DNA of 64,000 bases, taken from contig OX597838.1 of the NCBI GenBank assembly GCA_951406725.2, positions 24,180,001-24,244,000 of the forward strand, read 5' to 3'. The DNA comes from Octopus vulgaris (taxonomy: Eukaryota). Below the pieces are notes generated by a model. The model ran no database searches. It was not told the origin of the DNA and worked only from the letters and a program-made list of their open reading frames with translations. Below, one piece after another: positions 13,515-24,601 of the stretch (the stretch's first letter is position 1; each line of letters starts with the position of its first letter). The position numbers and the translations under genes were made by a program.

Positions 13515-14620
13515 GTGTGTATATATATATATATATATCGTTGATCAAGGAAAAAGATATACACCTTTTTTTTATATGTAATATTGCGATGGTGAATTAA
13601 TCGAAGCAAGAATAACTTAAATAGTGTTTGACATCTATATTCTCCTTTTAAGGTCTGGTGTAATTAAATAAATGCGATAGGAACAAAAGAAAGGCAAAAT
13701 GAAATAAAATAAATAACACAATGGACTTCCTGAACGATTCCAGCAACATTAGTGAAACCAAAACTGCTTGTTATTGTTATTAAGGAAACTGTGACTGTGT
13801 ATGTATGTACGAGAGAGAGGGTGGCAGGAGTTAGTCTGATGCCATGACGAAGCAAAAACCAAGCTTGGACCATTTTGTACATACCTGGAATACCGCGTAT
13901 CTATTCTAATAACAACTTGCACTAAGCAAGGACGAAATCTAGGATTGCAAGGAGAACGACGAAAGAAAGAAGATAATTAATGATGATGATAATTAGTGTC
14001 ACTGAAATTGTTCTTGAATAATAAGTGTTTGACTTTAGATTGCGATGCAAGGTTTTCTTACTGTCATCGTACGGGGATAATCAAGTACGCAGGGCTTGGA
14101 TTACGATAAATGCCAATAAATATATGAATGAATGGATGGATAAATAAATAAATAAATAAATAAATACGTAAATAAATAAATAAAATTCGGTTTTAAAAAT
14201 GGAATCGTATGAATTAGTTGGAAATGACAACTAACAACGCATATAGATCGAAATAAGATGTCGTTATTTTTGTTCAAGCGGAAAAATTAGGCATTCAATA
14301 ATAATGCTAATGATACTTTTTAATAATAAAACTTACAGTTTTTGTAGAACATTGAGAAATCTGAAAAAAAATTCTTTGACGACACAAGATCACATCCGAG
14401 CTATCAGTGGTGGCTCAGAGTCAGGTGAAATATATTTACGACTATACATAAAAAAAAAAATATATTACAATACAAAAGATTTCCCGAAATTTGAAATAAT
14501 TTTTTTTAGAAATCAGGAATGTTTTTTTTTTTCATTTTATCTGTCGAGCTTTACATATATTTTTTTAACCTTTCTATCTAATAAAGAACGTTCCCAGTCG
14601 GAATTCGTTGCGTTATGGTA

Positions 14621-14633
14621 GTTGCTAGGAGAC
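14621..14633. promoter_or_regulatory. RFX X-box in a probable promoter
   Basis: GTTGCTAGGAGAC (reverse complement GTCTCCTAGCAAC) fits the 13-bp X-box form; lies in a repeat-poor, relatively CpG-rich stretch (12.2-14.9 kb). Confidence 0.6.
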
Positions 14634-14893
14634 ATAACGCCCAGGATAAAACAAGGGAGATAACCACATGGGGGCCTTGGAGTGTTTGTTTATTATTTTT
14701 TTTTTTTTGCAATCATTTAAAGAAATATATGTTTTATCACTTGAATGGACGCATTGATCCGGAACTATTAAGAGTAACGGTATGAGGAATCGTTGACTTG
14801 GAACGAATAAATAAAAGTGCGTTAACTATTCTGACACACGTTCGAAAATCCAAACGTGTATGTATGTATGTATATGTATATATACATACATAC

Positions 14894-14936
<43 letters not shown>

Positions 14937-14962
14937 TGAACGTTTGTGTTAACAAATGAGGA

Positions 14963-15004
<42 letters not shown>

Positions 15005-15401
15005 GAAAGAATGTATATATCTGTACATATACATGTTTATATCTATCGATATATATATATATATATATATCAAAAATCAATGGAAATTGTAGTTGTGATC
15101 CCTGTGCCGGTAGCACGTAAAAAGCACCAATCTGATCGTGGCCGTTGCCAGCCTCGCCTGGCACCTGTGCCGGTGGCACGTAAAAAGCACCCACTACACT
15201 CACGGAGTGGTTGGCATTAGGAAGGGCATCCAGCTGTAGAAACACTGCCAGATCAGACTGGAGCCTGGTGCAGCCTTCTGGCTTCCCAGATCCCGGTTGA
15301 ACCGTCCAACCCATGCTAAGCATGGAGAACGGACGTTAAACGATGATGATTTATATTAATGTATATATCTGTACATATATGTGTCTATATCTATCTATCT
15401 A

Positions 15402-15434
<33 letters not shown>

Positions 15435-16029
15435 ACTCATGTGCATGGGGGGTGCGTAAGTGCATGCATGCATGCATATGTATGTGTGTGTTGGGTTGAG
15501 TTTAAGCACAGAGATGGATGTTATCAGGTTGGCAACTTGATTCATTGAACAAGATGTATTTTTATGATTTTGGATTTTTACAGAAGATTCATTTTGGATC
15601 CTTTTACAGAAGATTCTATTATGTTTGAATTCCTTGAATGCCAGAATTCTCAGTGAATCACCATTCCCAGACATTCTGAAGATTGTCAGCAATGTTTTTG
15701 TTTTTTTTATAGCAATTTCCTAATATAGTAAATTCACGTGACTGTATTTATTTTAGGTACTAATGGAACCAAACAAAGCTTGGTACTGTCACCTCTAACA
15801 TATTGGTTTCAAACTTTGGCACAAAGCCAGCAATTTCAGGGAAGGGGCTCAATCTGTTAGATCAACCCCAGTGCTCAACTGGTAGGATGAAAGGTAAAGT
15901 CAACCTCAGCAGCACTTGAACTCAGAACATAAAGACAGGCAAAATGTCGTTAAACATTTTGTCTGGCATGATAATGATTCTACCAGCTCATTGCCTTAAT
16001 AATAAAAATCCTTTCTGCTACAGGTACAA

Positions 16030-16770
16030 GGATTAGAATTGAAGGGCCTTAGAGTCAACCTAGCTAAAACCAAAGTCTTAATAAGTAGGAAAGCAGACAA
16101 ACCACAAATCCCTTCAGGTAGATGGCCCTGCTCGATCTGTAGAAAAGGCGTAGGTAGAAACTCTATAAGATGTACCCAGTGTAAGCTATGGACACATAAG
16201 AGGTGCAGTAATATCAAAGGAAGGCTAACTGGGAAGATAGTCTTTGTATGTGGCAGATGCTCAGGAGCAATAAACACTGAAAATGTGCAGAGAACAACTT
16301 CTGTCACATTCCAGGGAGAAAAACTACAAGTAGTTGATAGCTTCCGTTACCTAGGTAACCAAGTCAGTAGCTGGGGTGAATGTTCAGAAAGCGTAGCTGC
16401 TAGAATAAGAATAACCTGAGCAAAGTTCAGAGAGCTCCTACCTCTGCTGGTGACAAAGGCCTCTCACTTAGAGTAAAAGATAGACTGTATGACACGTGTA
16501 CGAACAGCCATGCTACATGGCAGGGAAACATAGGCTGTGATTGCTGAGGACATGTGTAAGCTTGCAAGGAGGGAACCAGTGTGCTCAGCTGGATGTGTAA
16601 TGTCAGTGTGCATACACAACAGTAAGCGCCCTGAGAGAAAAGTTGGACATAAGAAGCATCAGATGAGGGGTGCAAAAGAGACGACTGCGCTGGTATGGTC
16701 ATGTGTTGCGAATGGATGAGGACAGCTGTGTGAAAAAATGTCACAGCCTAGCAGTTGAGAGAACCTGTGG
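16030..16770 (+). mobile_element. RTE LINE fragment with Cys-rich insert in the RT
   Basis: GLRVNLAKTKV...CSIC..GVGRNSIRCTQC..WTHKRCS...VDSFRYLG...[12 protein letters not shown]; stops and frameshifts. Confidence 0.85.
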
Positions 16771-17727
16771 CTTACATCGATCCAGTGTTGCCATACACAA
16801 CACAGACTTCCATCCTTCCTTCTTTGAATTCTTAACTCCTGAAGGAGTGATGTACAGCATGTCTTGGGCATCTAAGCTTGGTGGCATCCATCTTTCTCTA
16901 GGTTTGGCCACAGCTGATTTCATTCACAGAGAGAGAAAAAAAAATTGACCACACTCTGGTACTTCATTCAAAGACTCCACTTCTGGTACTTTGTTTATTA
17001 ACCCCCAATAAAAATGAAAGCAAAGTTGACTTAAGTAGCGTTTGAACCCAACATGTCAGATAGAATACCTTAGGGTACTCGCTCTGATGATTCTGCCAAT
17101 TTGCTACCTTGCTTCACAGATGACCCATACACTTTACAGCACCAAGGCCCACAGATATGCTGTTTCCTCTTTCTATCTCTTCTATAGCTCCTGTAATGGC
17201 TTGTTCTCATCTGAACAGCATAGCTCCATTCACTTTTCACTCAAACCTACATGATGTACTCACAATCTCCTCGTGTGATCCTCAAAATATTTTGTTTAAC
17301 AGAGCCTGGTGCAGCCCCTGAACCCGGAACAATGTGGTTCGGAAGCAAACTACTTACCACACAGCCACGACTCCGCCATAGTGTAAAATTTTTCTTGAAG
17401 CCCTGCTTCTTCGCTCCTAACAATTTCATAATACTGAAGAATTCAAGGAATTCTAGAAACAGATCTTAGTAACAGTGACAATTTCTGGTGATAACGCCCA
17501 AATTGTTTTAGAGTAAATTTGCAAATGTTTTTTGTTATTTATTTTAAATTTCTGTTTAGAATTTGTTGATCTACGGACATGATGGTGAGCTAAATAATTC
17601 TGCTGGTGAATTAATTGTTAAATTTATATCACCAGGTTGGTTTATTTATTTCGTATCTTGATATTAATTTACTGACTGAGAGGGAGGGGTGTGCATAGAG
17701 AGAGAGGGGAGAAAGAGGGAGAATTAG

Positions 17728-17762
<35 letters not shown>

Positions 17763-18126
17763 TAAATTCCAGGGTAGCAAAAAAAATTTAGAAAATTTCT
17801 TTGCTACCAGTGGTCTAGTGAGAAGAAAAAACTAGTCAATAGACTATATATTATTCATATAAAAATACAGTGTACATTTAAACACATAAGAGATGGCCAT
17901 AACAGGACGTCTGACTTGCTAGAAGGAGTAGTTAAACTCCAAACCACTATTAGGGGTAATTTTGAAAAGGAATGAAAAATAAAAACATTTACAGGAAATA
18001 GAGGGTAGATGTCTTTATTTTTCATTCCCTTTCGAAATTACCCCTAATAGGGGTTTGGAGTTTAACTACTCTTTCTAGCGAGTCAGATGTCCTGTTAAAG
18101 CCATCTCTTATGCGTTCAAATGTACA

Positions 18127-18181
<55 letters not shown>

Positions 18182-18293
18182 GAGAGAGAGAGGAAGATAA
18201 ATAAACTGATAGATTGGGAGAAAGAGAGTGTGAATGTACCTCTAAATGTGTGAAACTGATGAGAACTAAATTTATTAAAATTACCATCTTTCA

Positions 18294-18340
<47 letters not shown>

Positions 18341-18341
<1 letters not shown>

Positions 18342-18735
18342 GGCGCAGGAGTGGCTGTGTGGTAAGTAGCTTGCTTACCAACCACATGGTTCTGAGTTCA
18401 GTCCTGCTCTGTGGCACCTTGAGCACATGTCTTCTACTATAGCCTCGGGCTGACCGAAGCCTTTTGAGTGGATTTGGTAGACGGAAACTGAAAGAAGCCT
18501 ATCGTATATATATGTGTGTGTGTGTGAGTGTGTTTGCATGTGTCTGTGCGTGTCTCTCCACCATCGCTTGACAACCGATGTTGGTGTGTTTACGTCCCTG
18601 TAACTTACTGGTTCGGCAAAAGAGACCGACAGAATTAGTACTAGGCTTACAAAGAATAAGTCCTGGGGTCAATTTGTTTCAGTGCTCCAGCATGGTCGCA
18701 GCCAAATGACTGAAACATATAAAAAGATAAAAAGG
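18341..18735 (+). mobile_element. Abundant tRNA-headed SINE with internal (TA/TG)n. Other copies include 23625-24003, 31980-32390, 42330-42705, 51415-51785, 53992-54387.
   Basis: Head GGCGCAGGAGTGGCTGTGTGGTAAG...GTTCAGTCC; many near-identical copies on both strands. Confidence 0.85.
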
Positions 18736-18752
18736 ATACATACATATATATC

Positions 18753-18933
18753 ATTTCACCATGATAGATCACCAGCCACTACACATTCTTTATTTTCTCT
18801 CCTTGTTCCTTTCTGTGGAAGACGTAAGCTCGAAATGTTACAGACTTTTTCACTTCCCGAGTGTTATACTAATACATCTGTTTGTTGTCTACACCACCTG
18901 TCTTTGTCTTTTGTTTTTTTTTTTGTGAATTCT

Positions 18934-18937
<4 letters not shown>
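18753..18937 (+). mobile_element. Penelope-like 3' end relic abutting (TA)n (related copies 8221-8413 and 38160-38243)
   Basis: Shared ACATCTG(T/C)TTGTT...CACCTGTCTT tail ending at TA repeats; hammerhead-like motif in the two longer copies. Confidence 0.5.
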
Positions 18938-18969
<32 letters not shown>

Positions 18970-19668
18970 GTGTGCCTCTGTTTTGGATTTATGTTTTACC
19001 AAAGATATCCCTCCCTCTTTCTCTCTTTCGGAGAAGCACTGAACAGCTATACGCACACATACACACATGACAGTAACTTCCGCCTACCAAATTCAATCAC
19101 AAAGCTTCGGTCGACTCGGGGCTATAGTGGAAGACACCTGCCCAAAGTGCCACGCAGTGGGACTGAACCCGAAACCATGTAGTTAGGAAGCAAGCTCCCT
19201 AACCACACAGTCATGCCCGCGCCTATATATATAACATAACATACATGGATAGATACATGCATTCATGCATACATATATGCATACATACATACATGCATAC
19301 ATACATACACACATCCATACATACATCCATACATACATACATACATACATACATACATACATACATACATACATACATACATACATACATACATACATAC
19401 ATACAGGCTTAGCCAAAAGTCACCCAACAGTAAATTAAAATTCCATAAATACTTAATATTCAATTTTATTTATTCATTCCAATCAGGAATGTTTAATTAT
19501 TGAATGCTGTGAGTTAAAATCACTGTTTTTTTCACAACATTTTTCTATTTATTAGTGAAGTTGCATAAAATAATTTTTTGTTTTAATCTTGGAATTAAAT
19601 GGTTTTGATTTACGGTCAGGTGACTCAACCTGTATACATATACATATATATATATATACATATATTCA

Positions 19669-19715
<47 letters not shown>

Positions 19716-20023
19716 TGAATAAATAGAGTCAACAATTTTTATTTTTCACACATGATGAATGCCTAAGCCTAGACTTGAAATACTACCAGCTATTTGGTAA
19801 TTCTTAGGTTGAATGAGATCTATTTTCTACTCTAATTCATTCCTAACAGAATGCACTTTAAATTATATATATCATCATCATCATCATCATGGTTTAACGT
19901 TCACTTTCCATGCTAGCATGGGTTGGACAGTTTGACTGTGGGCTAGCAAACCAGATGGCTGCACCAGGCTCCAGTCTTGATCTGGCAGAGTTTCTACAGC
20001 TGGATTCCCTTCCTAACACACAC

Positions 20024-20064
<41 letters not shown>

Positions 20065-20232
20065 AAGAAGTAAATATATGGCACAACGAAGTACCGATAT
20101 TTACTGGATATTTACGTTTGCTATTTCCAGTAAATATCGGTACTTCGTTGTGCCATATATTTACTTCTTTGTATATTTTTCCCTCACGGGCTATTCTTTA
20201 CTGGAAAGCAATACTCTAGTATTGCATTACTA

Positions 20233-20281
<49 letters not shown>

Positions 20282-20372
20282 TACATACACACACACACAC
20301 ATATATATATACACACACATATATACATACATACATATATACACACATATAGATATATACATACATATATAT

Positions 20373-20447
<75 letters not shown>

Positions 20448-20497
20448 CATACATACATACATATATATAACTATATATCTTTCTATCTATCTATCTA

Positions 20498-20541
<44 letters not shown>

Positions 20542-20691
20542 TTTGGCCATTCCAGAAGTCTGGCAGAGATGGGCTCCATTAGGGACCTGTGAAACTTGGA
20601 GTAGCATGGAAACCAAATCAAACTTTTAGATAATATACATATATATGTATGTATGTATGTATGTATGCATGTATGTATGTATGTATGTATG

Positions 20692-21120
20692 TTGGACTAA
20701 AGACCTTATTAGAATGGATAGCAGGATCCCTAAGCAGATGCTATAGGGGAACTCGTGAATAGAAAGAGACCCCGGCAGAATCCAAGGCTGCAATTTAAGG
20801 ACTGTGATATGCAGGAGACTGACTGGGAGAGCAAGGCCTGTCATCGCCACAGATGGAGGAAGCAGGTTAAGGAGAGGGTCGACACTTTTGAGAGAGCACG
20901 TATTCTGCATGATGAATTTAAGCGGACTGCTTGAAAGCACACTGGTGGTGTAGTGAATGGGGAAAGCTTAGTTTGCAATGTTTGCAATCGTGTATGCTTG
21001 TCAAGAGCAGAGCTCATTAGCCACCAACGGAGCCACAAATACAAAATATAAGTTAGTCCTAGAGCGCACAATGTTCCTGAAGGTCAACAATGGTCTTCCT
21101 CAGTCACGAGTGGACAGCCA
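20692..21120 (+). mobile_element. RTE (BovB-like) LINE 3' fragment
   Basis: RMDSRIPKQMLY.EL...ETDWESKAC.RHRWR followed by a Cys/His tail. Confidence 0.6.
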
Positions 21121-22959
21121 TCATGTATGTGTGTATAGTTTACTGTTTCATTATAGGTAGGATAAACAAAAAAACGTACTCCATCAAAGGCAAAGTTGAC
21201 TGTGGCAGAATTTGAACTCAGAATGTAGAGACAGATGAAATGCTGCCATGAATTTTGTCGAACAAAGCTAACGAGTCAGCCAGGCATAAAGGAATTTGGC
21301 ATGATATTTCTCCAGTTGTGATAGCACAGTCACAGAGCCAGAAGTTCCAGTTAATTTGTCTCTCCCAGGGTGTATAGATCGTTGTTTGTATTCTTCATTG
21401 AAAGACCAACAGGGAAAATACTCTGTGTGGTAAATAAAGCTTCTGTTAATTGTTAGTGAGTATTGTTCATCACTTACAAGTAGCCAACAAACCAAGACAA
21501 CCGTTATAGAAGAACATGTCATATTTGTCTTTGGATTGTAACAGTTGAATTTTTTGCTACATAGACACCACAAGTTGATCATGTGCACAAACCCAATTTC
21601 AGTCTAACCAATGGCTTTCATTCATGTGATAGTCTGATAGCATGACTAGAACCTTCTGTGAACAAAGCCTACAAATACAGCTCATTTGAGTGTGAAAACT
21701 TCTGAGTGATTCTGGTCTTCAGTGGTTTTCACTTTCTATACATAGCTGTTTTCACAGCTACATATTCAGCTTGGCACAATAGAAGAAGAAAACACACCAC
21801 AACAACAGGAATATCTATTGATGTATAAAAATTAGTCCAAATATTGAATTTCTGATGAAAACTTTCTGTACTTGTCATATACATCATTTCATCTGAATAT
21901 TTCTTTTATTGTATTGCATGAGCATCTTCTATATTAATATAATATCATCATCATCATCATTTAATGTCCACTTTCCATGCTAGCATGGGTTGGACGATTT
22001 GACTGACATCTGGCGAACCAGATGGCTGCACCAGACTCCAATCTGATATGGCAGAGTTTCTACAGCTGGATGCCCTTCCTAATGCCAACCACTCCGAGAG
22101 TGTAGTGGGTGCTTTTACGTGCCACCAGCACGAGGGCCACTCAGGCGGTACTGGCAATGGCCACGCTCAAATGGTGCTTTTTATGTGGCACCTGCACAGG
22201 AGCCAGTCCAGCGGCACTGGCAACGACCTTGCTCGAATAACAGAAAAGCCATTGGAAGACCAATTATAGCAGCAACTCCATAAATTCCTGGGGATATCTG
22301 AAGAAGGAATTTTTATTCCGAAATATTATATCAGACTATGGATGATTGAATTACAACAGTTCTTATAGTCCATTGTCTGTATTATAGTGCATTGTTGTGT
22401 CATTCAAAGCATTTTATTCTTTACAAACAATAAATTATGTTCAAATTTTGGCACAAGGCCAGCAGTTTTGGGGGAGGGGGATTATCGATTACATCAACCC
22501 TTGTGCCTAATTGGTACTTATTGTACTCCGAAAGGATGAAAGGTAAAGTCTACTTCGGTGGAATTTGAACTCAGAATGTAGCAACGGGCGAAATACTGCT
22601 AAGCATTTTGTTCAGCGTGCTAATGATTCTGCCAGCTTGCTGCCTTTATAATAATAATATTGATGATGATGGTTTAAAATTTTGTCACAAGGGCAGCCAT
22701 TTTGAGGGATGAGTCAATTACACTGACCCCAATGTTTCACTAGAACTTAATTTATCGACCCCGAAAGGATGAAAGGCAAAGCCTTTGATAATAATGATCA
22801 TAATAATAATAATAATAATGATTTCTTTTATTTGCCACCAGGGCAAAGGATGAAGGGAACAATACAAAGACAGACATAAAGTGAGGGGGTTTACATATAA
22901 TAGAAGGATAAAAAAAAAACAAAGAAAAGTATACAAGGTAGTAATAATAATAATAATAA

Positions 22960-23547
22960 TTAATTCTTTTATTGGCCACAAAGGCTGACAAAACTTAATT
23001 AAAACATAAAGGGACAAAACAGGATGAAAGGTTACAAAGGGTTTTGTCTGTTTGTAAAAAACGTGTAAAAACAGTGTAACAACGAAAAATTAAAACAATG
23101 AAAAACTCCCAATAGGGGGAGGCGTTACGAAAGGTTCCTGGTGGAAAAACCCATAAAAGCCAACGAGAGCCTGGTCAAAAGGGGGGTAGAGAGCCCCTTT
23201 CTACTTTTGTAATAACTTTTTAAATTACAGGTGTATCCTCAGAATGGCTCCTTTCACAGTGGCCATTCTTGCGACATTTATCCACTTTTCAGTAAACTTG
23301 CTATCGGACAGCACTTCCCTCTCTGCTCTCATCTTCCTTTTCAAGTGAAACTTGAAAAAGTTGACGAGGCCTGGGCCAAAGAGAAAAGTGTCTGACCTTA
23401 GCCCTTTCAAACAGGTCCACCATACCACCTCTTTCGCTACAGCCACTAGGCAAAGGAAAACTGCCTTACCCTCCCAGTTAAAGGAGGTTGGCGGGGCAAT
23501 CCTCACTATGGATCCAGCTGATAGCCGGATCCGTCCTATATGCGATA
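22960..23547 (-). mobile_element. L1/Tx1-like LINE 3' end inserted in (TAA)n
   Basis: LVAVAKEVVWWT...FFKFHLKRKMRAERE...FTEKW C-terminal pattern; AATAAA tail; (TAA)n on both sides. Confidence 0.6.
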
Positions 23548-24219
23548 GTAGATAATAATAATAATAATTTCTGCTATAGAAATTTTGGAGTAGGGAGCAC
23601 ATATATATATATATATATATATATGTGTGCGGTAAGTAGCTTGCTTACCAACCACATGGTTCCAGGTTCAGTCCCACAGGGTAGCACCTTGGGCAAGTGT
23701 CTTTTACTATAGCCTTAGGCTGACCAAAGCCTTGTGAGTGGGTTTGGTAGACGGAAACTGAAAGAAGCCCTACGTATATGTGTGTGTGTGTGTGTGTTTT
23801 TGTTCCCCCCCCCCCACCATCGCTTGACAACCGATGTTGGTGTGTTTACGTCTCCCCGTAACCCAGCGGTTCGGCAAAAGAGACCGATAGAATAAGTACT
23901 GGGCTTACAAAGAATAAGTCCTGGGGTCGATTTGTTCGACTAAAAGTGGTGCTCCAGCATGGCCACAGCTAAATGACTGAAACAAATAAAAGAATAAAAG
24001 AGTATATTTATACATATATATATACAGTATATACATAATATAATTTATATATATGTATGTGTATGTGTGGATATATATATACATATGTATGTGTGTGTTT
24101 GAGAGAGAGAGAGAGAGATTGTATGTCTATATATTGTCTGTTAGAAGAGGCATTAAGAGAAAGAGAGCATTTCTAAAGAGTCGAAATTTCCCCTCTATCT
24201 TAGACTGCTGCTAAGCTGT

Positions 24220-24396
24220 GGTGTTTTCGCCATGTGTCTGCTGGTGACTGCGTAAATGTGCGTGTGCGAATGCATGCGCGCGCACGCGCGTTCGAGTGCG
24301 TATATATATATATATATAAAAGAGAGAGGAGCGAGCGAGTGAGTGAGTGGTGTCAGAAGCGGCTGCTGTAGTCAAACGTTAGCAGCATTTAGCAAG
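24220..24396 (+). promoter_or_regulatory. Probable deltex core promoter and 5' UTR
   Basis: Local CpG cluster (TGCATGCGCGCGCACGCGCG, 24271-24290) in a CpG-depleted background; TATATAAA at 24313-24320; ATG 77 nt further downstream. Confidence 0.55.
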
Positions 24397-24601
24397 ATGG
24401 CTGCCCCTGGCTCCATGGATATGATTGTCGTGTGGGAATGGTTTATGCAAGGGGTTTGGCGACCCTACGATCCACTCATCACAAATTTCATCGAGAAATA
24501 CAGAGCGATAAACAGCCGTATAAACCTCGGTGCTGTGGATCAAAAGTTAGTTATGTACGATATAGATTTCGTCACCCAAACACAAGTGCGGCACGGTACA
24601 G
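24397..24601 (+). CDS. deltex: deltex exon 1, first WWE domain
   Basis: AAGATGG start context; VVWEW...WRPYDP...IE...YDIDF...QVRHGT; donor G|GTAAAC, phase 1. Confidence 0.93.

Larger units (their letters stand above)
15500..22435 (+). pseudogene. Possible decayed, unidentified multi-exon gene
   Basis: Non-repeat islands with splice-like boundaries and protein-like frames, broken by TE insertions and stops (see findings). No family recognised. Confidence 0.3.

Noticed and set aside
16776-16913. Possible - strand exon (AVAKPRERW...TLDR, donor GTAAGC)
   Set aside because: Weak acceptor spacing, the donor overlaps a LINE junction, and no homology is recognised. The + strand reading fits the neighbouring islands better, though neither is proven.
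19745-19865. ATGATGA...GAAA hammerhead-like words in a TA-flanked insert
   Set aside because: The core is altered and stems I-III could not be paired convincingly.
24431-24438. Perfect CSL/Su(H) site TGTGGGAA in exon 1 of a Notch regulator
   Set aside because: Largely forced by the conserved V-W-E codons of the WWE domain.
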